A stretch of 64,000 nucleotides of DNA from Massalongia carnosa (lineage: Eukaryota), in contig OZ287070.1 in the NCBI GenBank assembly GCA_965645245.1, positions 1 to 64,000 on the forward strand, in the 5' to 3' direction. A program made the position numbers and the translations under genes. This document shows, piece by piece, positions 48,204-59,343 of this stretch; the stretch's first letter is position 1, and each line of letters starts with the position of its first letter. The notes below the pieces were generated by a model, which was given only the letters and a program-made list of their open reading frames with translations, ran no database searches and was not told the origin of the DNA.

Positions 48204-49820
48204 CTAACCGCCCCATTCTTATCCATCGCGGAGTCCTTTCCATACACCTTGACGGACAATCTAACAAAGATCCCACCGGGCCCATTGAAGAAAGAAGGCT
48301 GGGAGAAACATTTGGCCAATCACCCGGATCGCACTTACACACAAACAATTATCGATATCATCACCTACGGTGCCAAAGTTGGTTATACAGGACCACATCA
48401 ACTCATTATTAGCGATAATCTTGCCTCTGCAAATGAGGCACCGGAAGTTCTTACCAATGACCTCGAAGAACAAATAGCTAGTAATCGGTTGGAGAAAGTC
48501 AACAACATTCCTTCTTGCTTTATATGTTCCCCATTAGGCCTTGTACCAAAGGCTAACGGTGGTTGGCGGCGAATCCATCATCTATCGTATCCGGAGAGTA
48601 GCTCAGTCAACGACCACATACCGGAAGACTGGGGCTCCCTGGAATATACCAGCTTCGACGAAGCCATTAGGTTGATTGAGCAACGCGGGCCAGGGTGTAT
48701 TCTTATTAAAAGAGACTTTGCGGACGCTTTTCGCCACATACCAGTAGCAAAAAGCGATTGGTGGTTACTAGGTTTCAAGTGGCAGGATTCCTTTTGGATG
48801 GATAAATACTTACCCTTTGGGCTGAGAACGTCGCCGTTCCTTTTTGATCTGTTCGCGAAGGGTATCAACTGGATATTGTACAACTGTGGTTGGAAAGACG
48901 CTATTCATTACTTGGATGATTTTTTAATAATAGTCAGCACCGGACCAGATGCTGAAAAGTTTGATCAAGTTTTCCACAACATTTGTAAAGATCTTGGCAT
49001 GAAAATCAAGCTCGAAAAGAACAGAACTGGAACGACTTGCGATTTCCTCGGCATTGAAATCGATACCGCGCTCATGGAAGCACGCTTGCCTTCCGAAAAG
49101 TTACTAAAAGCAAAGACCCTAGTATCGGCAGCTTTGAATAAAAAAGCCATACCCAGGAAGGAACTCGACTCTCTTCTAGGATTCTTATGCTTTGCAGCCA
49201 GAGTGGTAAAACCAGGAAGAGCCTTTCTACGCCGTCTTTTCAATGCTACGGCAAGCGTAACCTCTAAACTAATCCATCTTAACAAGGACATGAGGGCTGA
49301 TCTTCTATGGTGGCATCATTTCCTACCTAAATGGAATGGCATACATCTGCTCAACCGTACTAGACATACTATGAGAATATGGACAGATGCGTCCGGCTCA
49401 TATGGTATGGGCGGCTTTATCCTCAGCGAGGATCAAAATTTGCATAATATACAAGCAGCCCGGCAGGCTTTTAGCACACGCTTTACTACGCGCCTTAGGG
49501 CAAAGCATATCAACGTCAAAGAAATGACAGCAATTCTTCAAGCTATGAAAAAGTGGCTACCTATATGCAAGGGTAGTCATTTAATCCTCTATTGTGATAG
49601 CTACGCTGTCACGAAAGGAGTGAATAAAACCTCTATACGAGGCCAAGCAATGCATGCCCTGCGGGCAATTACAATGCTAGCTGCATTACATGATATCCAG
49701 ATAGAAGCGCGATGGATATCATCCAAAGAAAATTATATTGCTGATCTCTTGTCTAGAGGACTTTTGAAGAAACTGGCTGACAAAATCCCTCAGTTTCAGG
49801 CTCTACCCTCAGCAATATAG
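48204..49820 (+). CDS. Ngaro ORF2, reverse transcriptase plus RNase H
   Basis: SPLGLVPK..WRRIHHLS, DFADAF, LPFGLRTSP, YLDDF, WTDAS, HINVKE, CDS and NYIADLLSR motifs. Confidence 0.96.
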   Translation, partial: LTAPFLSIAESFPYTLTDNLTKIPPGPLKKEGWEKHLANHPDRTYTQTIIDIITYGAKVGYTGPHQLIISDNLASANEAPEVLTNDLEEQIASNRLEKVNNIPSCFICSPLGLVPKANGGWRRIHHLSYPESSSVNDHIPEDWGSLEYTSFDEAIRLIEQRGPGCILIKRDFADAFRHIPVAKSDWWLLGFKWQDSFWMDKYLPFGLRTSPFLFDLFAKGINWILYNCGWKDAIHYLDDFLIIVSTGPDAEKFDQVFHNICKDLGMKIKLEKNRTGTTCDFLGIEIDTALMEARLPSEKLLKAKTLVSAALNKKAIPRKELDSLLGFLCFAARVVKPGRAFLRRLFNATASVTSKLIHLNKDMRADLLWWHHFLPKWNGIHLLNRTRHTMRIWTDASGSYGMGGFILSEDQNLHNIQAARQAFSTRFTTRLRAKHINVKEMTAILQAMKKWLPICKGSHLILYCDSYAVTKGVNKTSIRGQAMHALRAITMLAALHDIQIEARWISSKENYIADLLSRGLLKKLADKIPQFQALPSAI

Positions 49821-50836
49821 GACGCGATCCACCCCCATCTTGGTACAGTGAGGTACCTCTAGACGAAATCGCAGCACGATACCTCTGGTGGGGCCTGGCC
49901 ACTAAGACAAGATCTTTATACACAACGGCAAGAAAGGGATACGTTCTTTACTGTAGGGTAAACCTCAACGCGCCACCATTTCCAGCCAACATCCGGACGC
50001 TGTCTTCGTGGATCGCAGCGTTGGGTGAACGACGCCTGCAACCAAAAACTATTAAGAGCTACTTGACGGGCATAAGATCATGCCAGATAGATATGGGCCT
50101 CGGTAATCTCGACGTATTTCATCACCCGGTGTTAGATCGCATCCTTACTGGCATAAAGCGAAAGAACGGTGAAGCCGAGAAACGTGAAAGGTTACCAATT
50201 ACTAGAGAGATCTTAATCAAATTGCTAAGTCGTCTTGATCAAACGAAAGAGAAAGGCGCAAATTTACATGCGGCGTACTGCTTAGCGTTTGCAGGCTTCT
50301 TACGAGCCGGAGAATTTACTTACACAACGCAAGATGTACTAGACCCAAGCTTTGATCAATGGCACCTCACCAGAAAATCTATTAGGTTCGAAGCAGATCA
50401 CCTACAGCTCTCTCTACCAGTCTCCAAAACCGATCCCTTTCGCCGAGGCATAACACTGACAATTGCGGCTACCAACGATGTTGCTTGTGCACTAGCTTCT
50501 CTTACAAATTTATATAGGCGATTCCCAAGTTCTCCGGCCGCACCACTCTTTAAAAACGGTCAGTCCTTCACTCGAGACTACATTACAACAGCGATGAAAT
50601 CCACCTTAAGGAACTTGGGCTATATAGGAAATTTCTCTGGCCACTCGTTCAGAAGAGGTGCGGCAACAACAGCGCGACGGGCAGGACTCACCGAAGACGA
50701 GATTCAGATGCTAGGAAGATGGAAGTCAGACGCATACAAGCTTTACATACAAACCCACCCCACTTACCTTCTTAACGCCTCAAAACGCCTTCAAACATTA
50801 CCCACGGAACCTCACAATCCAGTCACTAGGTCCTGA
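49781..50836 (+). CDS. Ngaro ORF3, tyrosine recombinase
   Basis: FLRAGE, SKTD, GHSFRRGAAT and GRWKSDAYKLY motifs; the frame is open from 49781 and overlaps the end of ORF2. Confidence 0.95.
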   Translation, partial: QNPSVSGSTLSNIGRDPPPSWYSEVPLDEIAARYLWWGLATKTRSLYTTARKGYVLYCRVNLNAPPFPANIRTLSSWIAALGERRLQPKTIKSYLTGIRSCQIDMGLGNLDVFHHPVLDRILTGIKRKNGEAEKRERLPITREILIKLLSRLDQTKEKGANLHAAYCLAFAGFLRAGEFTYTTQDVLDPSFDQWHLTRKSIRFEADHLQLSLPVSKTDPFRRGITLTIAATNDVACALASLTNLYRRFPSSPAAPLFKNGQSFTRDYITTAMKSTLRNLGYIGNFSGHSFRRGAATTARRAGLTEDEIQMLGRWKSDAYKLYIQTHPTYLLNASKRLQTLPTEPHNPVTRS

Positions 50837-50872
50837 ACAACACCGCAAGCGGGTCGTTCCATGTTGGGGATT

Positions 50873-51563
50873 GGGAGTCTGTTCACAGCCCAAGGCCTGC
50901 GAGAGGGTCTTACATTAGTAGACAGCAAGGCCCTTATCGAGTCCCCCTCTCGAGGCCGGGGGCTGTGAGCAATAGCCCAAACATACTTAGTAGCAATATA
51001 ACGAGATTGACACGAACTAGCTAGTTCGGCTATGCTGAGAGCTAGTGCGTCGTTAATCGAGACAGCTCCCGCTTTGATTTCGGCACCGCATGGATCTCTC
51101 GGACGGCATAGATGTCTCAGCACCATAAGGATGTCTCAGCACGGCATAGAGATCTTAGCACCGCATCGATCCTTCGGACGACAGTTAGGTTTCGGATTTG
51201 TGTATGCCTTGCTATGGGCCGCGTTGATGGGGCATACTGGGATGGTAGAGTAGGACAAGGAGAATAGGAAGAAGATATATAAAGAGGAGGTCCCAGACGG
51301 TATCCCTCATCATCTCACATCTCAAGACAATCAAAAAGCATAGCATTTTGATAGCACTGTTTGCAACGTTTTCTTTCCCACCCACCCACTCCAGTTCTTC
51401 TGTCGCTTAGATAGAGGGAGTCTGTTCACAGCCCAAGGCCTGCGAGAGGGTCTTACATTAGTAGACAGCAAGGCCCTTATCGAGTCCCCCTCTCGAGGCC
51501 GGGGGCTGTGAGCAATAGCCCAAACATACTTAGTAGCAATATAACGAGATTGACACGAACTAG
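50873..51563 (+). repeat. Ngaro 3' repeat block B1-A2-B2
   Basis: 148-bp B copies flank a 356-bp A copy. Confidence 0.95.
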
Positions 51564-54338
51564 AGAGCATTAAATGCGATAACGATCAAGAACAGATACC
51601 CCCTACCTTTGATCAGAGAAACCTTGGACCGCCTGAGTAAAGCAGTTATCTTTACTAAGTTGGATATTGTCGCGGCCTTCAACCGTCTCCGTGTAGCTCA
51701 TGGAGAGGAATGGAAGACTGCCTTTCGAACACGCTATGGATTATATGAATATCTCGTCATGCCGTTTGGACTCTGTGGAGCCCCATCTTCGTTTCAGGAG
51801 TACATTAATGATATGCTTCGTGAATATCTAGACATCTTCTGCACCGCGTACATCGATGACATATTGATTTACAGCAATTCCCTGAAAGAACACAAGGATC
51901 ATGTGAGAAAAGTGCTGATGGCCTTACAAAAGGCCGGATTACAACTCGACATCTCAAAGTGTGAATTCCATGTCACGGAGACCATTTACTTAGGGTTAAT
52001 AATATCCAAAGATGGTATAAGAATGGACCCTAAGAAAATTGAAACTATTCAGAATTGGAACACCCCCGAGAACCTCAAGGACGTGCAGGCCTTCATAGGA
52101 TTCGCGAATTTCTATCGTCGATTTGTCAAGGGTTTCTCTCGTATAGCCGGACCATTGACTGCTATGTCAAAAAAGAAGATACCATTCGTATGGACCGATG
52201 ACTGCGCCAAGGCCTTCGAAGATCTGAAGGCTATGTTCACTAGTGACCTTGTTTTGCTGCATTTTGACCCTGATAAGGAAAGCGTGGTTGAAACTGACTC
52301 TTCCGATTATGTCAATGCCGGAGTCCTCTCACAGTATGATGACGATGGAGTCCTTCGCCCCGTAGCCTTTTTCTCGCGACGTTTGTCACCGGCAGAGTGC
52401 AATTACGAGATTTATGATAAAGAACTGTTAGCCATAATACGTGCCTTCGAGGAATGGAGACCAGAACTTCAGGGAGCCGCCTACCCGGTCAAGGTAATCA
52501 CTGATCATAAAAACCTGGAGTATTTCACCACCACCAAGCAGCTAAGCAGGCGACAGGCCCGCTGGGCAGAATATCTCTCACGTTTCGACTTCAAAATCAC
52601 GTATCGACCCGGCAAATTAGGCGGAAAACCTGACGCTTTGACTAGAAGATCAGGAGATCTTCCTAAAGAAGGGGACGTGAGACTAGAACATCAGAATCAG
52701 GTGGTATTAAAACCGCATAATTTTGAACTTCATGCTAACAACGTGCCTCGTGTGACTGACGTGTCCGACTCTGAACCTGACATCGCACCTGACATCGCAC
52801 CTGACATCGCCATTCAACCATCGAATCTCGCCCCTGCCTTCGACTCGGAAGACAAATCTATAGACGAACTCATTGATCTAGGATATGAACATGACCCCAC
52901 GCCTAACAAAATCCTGACCCTTCTCCGAAACGGTGCTCGACACAGCAAGGACATCACCCTAGCCGAATGCGAAGACAGGAATGGAAGACTATACTACAAG
53001 GAAAGGCTTTATGTCCCTGATTGGCATGAACTAAAAATGAGACTATGCAAGGAATATCACGACAGCCCAGTCGCCGGCCATCCAGGCAGATCTAAAACAT
53101 TTAGTCTGATGGCGCGAGACTACTACTGGCCCCGATATCATCAGTTCATTGCTCGCTATGTTCAACACTGTCATACATGCTCTCGCAGTAAAGCTTCCCA
53201 TCATGCCAAGTACGGAGTGTTAAAACCTTTGCCCGTTCCCCAACAACGATGGAAGGACATATCTATGGATTTCGTTACCGGCCTACCCGAAAGTAGTGAT
53301 AAAAACGCCGTGCTAAGCGTTGTTTGTCGACTAACCAAGATGAAGCACTTTATTCCCTGCAGAGAAACCACCGACGCTAAGGCCTTGGCTAGACTATACG
53401 TTGAACATGTCTGGAAACTTCATGGCCTACCCGACTCCATTGTGTCGGATCGAGGAGGCCAGTTCATAGCTGACTTTTGGAAAGCACTATGTGAACGACT
53501 AAGGATCAACAGTCGGTTATCTACGTCGTTTCACCCGGAAACTGACGGTCAAACGGAACGTTATAATGCAGTCATGGAACAATACCTCAGAAGCTATGTG
53601 TCTTATCAACAAGATGATTGGACCGACTGGCTACCCATGGCTGAATTCGCTAGTAATAACTCCGACTCCGAGACAACGTCCGTCAGCCCATTCCTTGCCA
53701 ACTATGGTTTCCACCCCCGTCTTGGTTTTGAACCTGTTCATCGCGACTCCCCTAATGCCCATGTCATTAGCGCTGACGAATTTGCTTTCAAAATGGAAAG
53801 TATCAGTGAACACCTCGGCGACGAAATGCGCCTAGCTCAAGCACGTTACGAAGCATCTGCTAATGCAAGTAGGACCCCGGCTCCTATGTTTCAGATCGGT
53901 GACGAGGTATGGTTGGACGCTCGACATATAAAGACCAAACGGCCATCGCGAAAGTTGGACTGGAAAAAGCTTGGAAGGTTCACTATAAAGAAAGTTGTCA
54001 GCAAGTACGCATACGAGTTAGACCTTCCCGCCTCCATGAACGTTCATCCTGTGTTCCATGTCTCCCTCCTAGAACCTGTCTCTCAACACCCCCACGTCGG
54101 CCACATACCCGCTCCTTCCCCTCCTGTCGAAGTTGAAGGTGAAACGGAGTGGGAGGTCGAGGAAATTTTGGACTCTCGTTTCTTCCGAAGACGTTTACAG
54201 TACCTAATCAAGTGGACTGGTTGGGACGCACCCGACTGGACCGAAGCTAAGGACGTCACCCACTGCTCCGACCTATTGGAAGACTTTCATCGACTGAGGC
54301 CTACCAAGCCCGGTGGTCCTCGCGGAGCTCGGACCTAA
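51564..54338 (+). pseudogene. pol: Element G pol, 3' part (RT, RNase H, integrase, chromodomain)
   Basis: Resumes RALNAITIKNRYPLP; contains YIDD, TDSS, GHPG..CHTC, FHPETDGQTER and YLIKWTGW. Confidence 0.95.
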
Positions 54339-54700
54339 AAGGGGAGCTGGTGTCATGGAGTGACTGGGCACCTGCCAGTTAGTTCATTGAATCAACCTTA
54401 GCTGCTTGAACGAAGCACTAGCCGGTTAGCCGATCCGAAAGGAACTAAGCTTAATCCGGTTCAAAGGTAAGTGTTCCGACTATCAATAGTGTCATGGCGA
54501 TAGTTTCATGCTAGGGACTTGGGGAAATTGGATCAACGGCTGGATTGGGACTAGTTCCGTTCGCCAGAGTCTTATACTCGCCCACGTTGGATTTTCTGTT
54601 TCTTTTCTCCTTGTCGAACGTCTTGTCCACCTAGCTAGACAATCAAGTAACACGTTTGCACCACCTGAATTCCTACCTGACCTCGCACCGTGACAATCTC

Positions 54701-57700
54701 AACATACCGACATGCCGAAAGTACCTGAAAACACTGAACATAACGTTTGTTGACGATATCAATCAGGGTAGGATCTGTCATGCTTGTGAGATGGGGAAAG
54801 TCACCAAGATATACAATCGAACTCCACAAGGGAAAGCCACGGAGATCTTCCAGAAAATAAAGTCCGACATGGTAGGACCAATCAAACCAGTAGGGCTCCT
54901 TGAAGAGCTCTACTTCTTCACCTTCACCTGTGATGCCAGTAGATACACTCATGCTTATATGGGATACAAAAATGGTGAATAGTTTGATCACTTGATGACA
55001 TACAACAACATGGCTCAAAACAAATCTGGGAAAGCGAAACCAATGAGCATCTTTCGCACTTACTTCGGCACAGAAATACGCCGTCACAAGTCAGATAACT
55101 AATTCCTTCAACAATGTATAATATATGAACCTTCCGCCACATATTCTCAAGAAGAAAAGAATATGGTGTCGCAGAACGAATGGGTAGGACCATCATGGAC
55201 ATGACAAGATGCACAGTTATTGGAGGAGAAATTCCAGATTATCTGTGGACAAAAGTCGTTTTAGCCATGGTTCACACCAAAAACGTTGGACCAACAAACG
55301 CCTTGGGAGGTAAAATCCCCTATGAAGTCTTTGAGCACAAACAACCCAAGCTAGTGTGAACCTAAGTGACGATCTTAGGTGGTGGCTCAGGCGCCTGAGG
55401 GATAGCATGGCCTTATTAGGCCTAGTGTGGGCTAGCTCGCCGCACATAATGTAATATTAGCTACTGAGATAGAGCTTTCCTTCTGGACATTCATTTTATC
55501 AAGAGTTCACCTCTATTCACGAACCTCACTAGGTTCAACAGCTAGATCACTTGAGAGTACTTGGATCCACCGTTTATGCATTGATTCATGAACAAGAGCG
55601 AAAGGGAATGAACAGCAAGTCTGCAAAATTCGCCCCAACAGCTCAGAAAGGAATCTTGTGTCGATATGACGGAAACACTATCTATCGCGTCTTCCTGGAA
55701 AAAGACTACAAGGTCATTCGAGTCAAAGATCTACGAATTCATAAAGATGCCATAGACAAGAATGAGACTGATCTGCCTATATACGATTCCGTGTTGATTG
55801 TTGAAGAAGATGAGAATCTGTCTAAAGCCATTTCCAACTCTTCCAGAACTCAACCACGGTTAAATCCCGAAGTCACTGAAGCTTCAAAACGAGGAAGAGG
55901 TAGGCCCGGGAAACATGCTCATGAAGCACAAGTACTGGCCCTTCTGTCTAATGAAGCACTGACTGAACCAGAGCATATCTTCACAATAGTAGACAAAGAT
56001 GAAGAAGATCCACTCATACTTCTAGCCAAGGAAATGGAAAAAGAGGGAGCAGCAAACCTAAACGATCTTGATGCGTTCGTTCAATCAGACATAGCTGAGC
56101 AACAGACATATTATCAAGCAATGAACTCCAGCTATTGAAACGAATAGAGCCTGGTAATGAACGAGGAGCACAAGAGCCTCGTGGAAAACAACACCTGGGA
56201 TACTGTACCTATCGAAACCATGAACTTGGACACATAGCATTAAGCGGTAAGTGGGTATACGAGCTAAAGAAAGATGTGAATGGAAACATCACCCGCTTCA
56301 AAGCTAGATTGGTCGTCAAGGGATATCTACAACAATACGGAGTAGACTTCGATCAAAACTTCGCTTCTGTGGTCAAGCCGATGGCGTTTCGTCTGATATT
56401 CGCATTAGCTGCTTATCATGACTTGGATATCGAACAACTCGATATAGTGACAGCTTTCCTCAATGGCTTCATTGATCAACTCATCTATGTTCACATGCCA
56501 AAAGCTTATGACGTACCTGGCATGATATGTAAACTGAACAAGGCCCTGTATGGTCTAAAACAGTCTCCTCGCCTCTGGTATGAACGACTTTCTACCTTTC
56601 TGCTGCGAAAACTAGGACTCGAGAAGCTTCACGCAGACCACAGCATCTTCGCCACACCTCAAGGCATAAAAATCCCATCGTTACTTCTATCGTTGATAAT
56701 CTGAACATCATAGGTCCAAAGGGCTCCCCAATGATCACCGAAGTCAAGAGACAACTCAAGCTAGCATTCAAAATGGTAGACATGGGACCGATCAGTTACT
56801 ACTTAGGTCTCAAGGTCAAACGAGATCGAGTCAAAAGGATCATCAAGATATCTCAACAAACCTATATTGAGAAAGTGCTAGAAAGATTTCATATGCAAAA
56901 TGCAAAAACAGCCAATACTCCCATACGAGAAGAATGTCTTTTTACCAATGAATCCCAAGCCTCCGACAAAGATATTAGACAATATTAAACCATTGTTGGA
57001 TCTATCATGTTCGCGATGATAGAAACAAGACCCGACATTGCTTTTGCAACATCTGCAGTCAGTCGACATTCGATAAATCCAAGCAGGACACACATGGAAG
57101 CGGCCAAACATATTCTCAGGTATCTTAGCGCTACCAAGGACAGAGGTATTACCTTCGGTGGAGGAGACCTGAAAATACAAGGGTATTCCGATTCCGACTG
57201 GGCCGGAGACAAGGAAGAACGCAAGTCAACGTCTGGTTATGTCTTCATGTTAAACAATGGACCGATAAGCTGGTGCTCCAAAAGACAAATAACCGTCGCA
57301 TTATCATCAACTGATGCAGAGTATATGGCACTTATCTTAGCAGCAAAGGAGGCAACATGGCTACGTTTACTGATGACCGAACTTGGATTAATGACTATAG
57401 ATAACGAATCCCCAACGGTAAATGTGTTAAGAGGAGAAGGCACCATCGCATTAAAAGGCGACAATCAAAGTGCCATAGCCCTTGCCAACATTCCTGTCTT
57501 ACACGCTAGAACTAAGCACATAGACATTCAGCATCACTTCATCTGGAACGAGGTCCTCGAGGGACTAATCGATTTCACCTATGTCTCAACAGAAGATATG
57601 ATAGCAGACGGACTGACAAAACATCTCACTCATGTTAAGTTCTTCTCGTTTGTCAGACAATTACACATGGATAACAATTCAACCACGGTTGAACCTACAG

Positions 57701-57726
57701 GCAAAACAAGTACTGGCAGGATTTAA
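54701..57726 (+). pseudogene. Copia E integrase, RT and RNase H, degenerate
   Basis: ICHACEMGK, GVAERMGRT, KWVY..FKARLV, LYGLKQSPR, YSDSDWAG and HIDIQHHF; many frameshifts. Confidence 0.93.
55355..55540. repeat. Solo LTR (186 bp) inserted in the Copia E integrase
   Basis: TGTGAACCTA...TAGGTTCAACA termini; TSD GCTAG; the host frame reads KQPKL|DHLRVLGS across it. Confidence 0.9.
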
Positions 57727-57733
57727 GGGGGGG

Positions 57734-58004
57734 TGTTGAATATTCAACTCCTACCAGTTCAATGAACATAGCACCTACGACTGCCCAAGATAGACAGAGC
57801 ACCTACAGAAACCGTAGATGCCGTATTAGGCTTAGCCTAGAGATTAGATTAGATCGGCTCAGATAATCTTATCACCTCGCTTAGAAGAGGGTGACTAGTT
57901 ATGGGACAAAGACTGCTGAACAGCACTCTTCATCCTTAACATCACGGTCATACATACCATTTTTATCATAGCCATATAGCCATAGTCATATACCTATTTC
58001 AACA
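57734..58004 (+). repeat. Copia E 3' LTR
   Basis: TGTTG...CAACA, preceded by the PPT. Confidence 0.92.
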
Positions 58005-59343
58005 ATATGTCTCGCGGTACTCATTATCTGCTGCTGGTGAGAGGCGGCAAGGTTTAATGTTCCTGTACTTTCGAACCTTTTGTGTTGAAACATATGTTTA
58101 AATTTCGAAGCCGGGCTTCCCTGCTCAATGTTTCCGGAAGAAATCCGGACGTTTCTTGTAAATGAACTGGTGGGGTCGAAATTAATTGAATGGGACCCCC
58201 CAAGATGAGAAGTACGCCGCTTAAGTAAATCTGGTCCCTAAGAATTTATTGAAAGGGACCCCCAATTCAATTAAGTTAAGCATATGGGTTAGAGTTTTAT
58301 TGAATGGGTCCCCAATGCACTTAAGCATATGAGTTAATAAATCTGGTCCCTAATAGTTATATTCCACCGTACCCTACGGTGCATCTAAGCATATGGGTTA
58401 GATGGGACAAATACGCTACCGCCACTGTTACTCCCAGCAGCTAGACTATCACCACTCTGGCTAGCATTAGAACTCCTGGCAAACGCGGCAAATACGCTCC
58501 GGCCAGCAGCAACAGCCGCAATGGCAGCTGCACGCGGAGCTGGTGCATCGGCCCCCCTACCAGCCTCGCCACCCTGGGCTTGATGATCTACTACGTCGTC
58601 ATCTTCTGGCTTGTCGTCTGCCGCCGCGCCATTAGCTGCCGACTCGACTCTCTGTCCAGCCATCAGCTCTTCAAGCTCATCTAGGCTCTTCTGCCGGATC
58701 TCCTCGAGCATCTTCAGCCTCGGTGGATGCCCACGCTCCCAGAGAGGCTCGAGTCCCCCATATCCTATGCTCATCTTTCCGGCAACCTAAAAATCCTCCT
58801 GCCCACTGGCCAGGACCCCCTCCACCTTGAATTCGGCTAGGAGCTGTGCCGTGCCCCATCGCGGCTCTTTGTTGGTTAGATTGGGTTCTGGAATGATCAA
58901 CCAGCTTTCTCTAAGACTCTCAACGCAGTAAATAAGGTGAGAGACAGACTGGAATTAGGCTTGAAGTGATAAACTATGTAATGACTGACTAGCTAATTTA
59001 CAGAGAGAAGATACAGCTATTATATAGAAATTGAGACTACCTCAATTCCTCCTATTTGCAATGACTCCTCCGAGCTCATCGTATTACCCGTGATTGGTAA
59101 TGTCCAGCTTACTCTCTGACTCATATTGCCACATAGAAGTATCTCGATGATACTTGCTTAAGCTTTCATAGCTAAGCGCTTGATATTGAATGTGGCGTTG
59201 ATACTAATCAACTGTGACAATCAAGGAGCAACGGCACAGCTCAGGATAAGATTACCCAATTAGGCATAGACTTAATGCTGTGGCGGATGAGGCGGATGAG
59301 GCGAAAAGCACGTTGCATGAGGTCATGTCAACAACCTCGTCAA

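Larger units (their letters stand above)
46625..51563 (+). mobile_element. Ngaro-type (DIRS order) tyrosine-recombinase retrotransposon, apparently intact
   Basis: Split direct repeats A1 (46625-46980) ... B1 (50873-51020), A2 (51021-51376), B2 (51416-51563); gag-like, RT/RNase H and YR ORFs; no TSD. Confidence 0.96.
43896..54695 (+). mobile_element. Ty3/Gypsy chromovirus G, nested in Copia E and interrupted by the Ngaro element
   Basis: 345-bp LTRs at 43896-44240 and 54351-54695; TSD ATCTC; PPT AAAAGGGGAG. Confidence 0.97.
34822..58004 (+). mobile_element. Degenerate Ty1/Copia element E hosting multiple nested insertions
   Basis: Related TGTTG...CAACA LTRs at 34822-35111 and 57734-58004; copia-type PBS GGTTATGAGCCC at 35112; PPT AAGGGGGGG before 57734; gag-PR-IN-RT-RH order. 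The flanks do not form a TSD. Confidence 0.75.

Noticed and set aside
49781..50836. Tyrosine recombinase as a Crypton, Starship captain or phage integrase
   Set aside because: It sits with gag-like and RT/RNase H ORFs inside A..B-A-B split direct repeats, which is diagnostic of Ngaro.
52772..52810. 12-bp tandem repeat encoding PDIA three times
   Set aside because: An ordinary in-frame slippage in the RNase H-integrase linker.
58385..58774. 129-aa Ala/Gly-rich ORF as a gene
   Set aside because: It is low in complexity with no domain evidence, and a link to the upstream pseudogene is not demonstrable.
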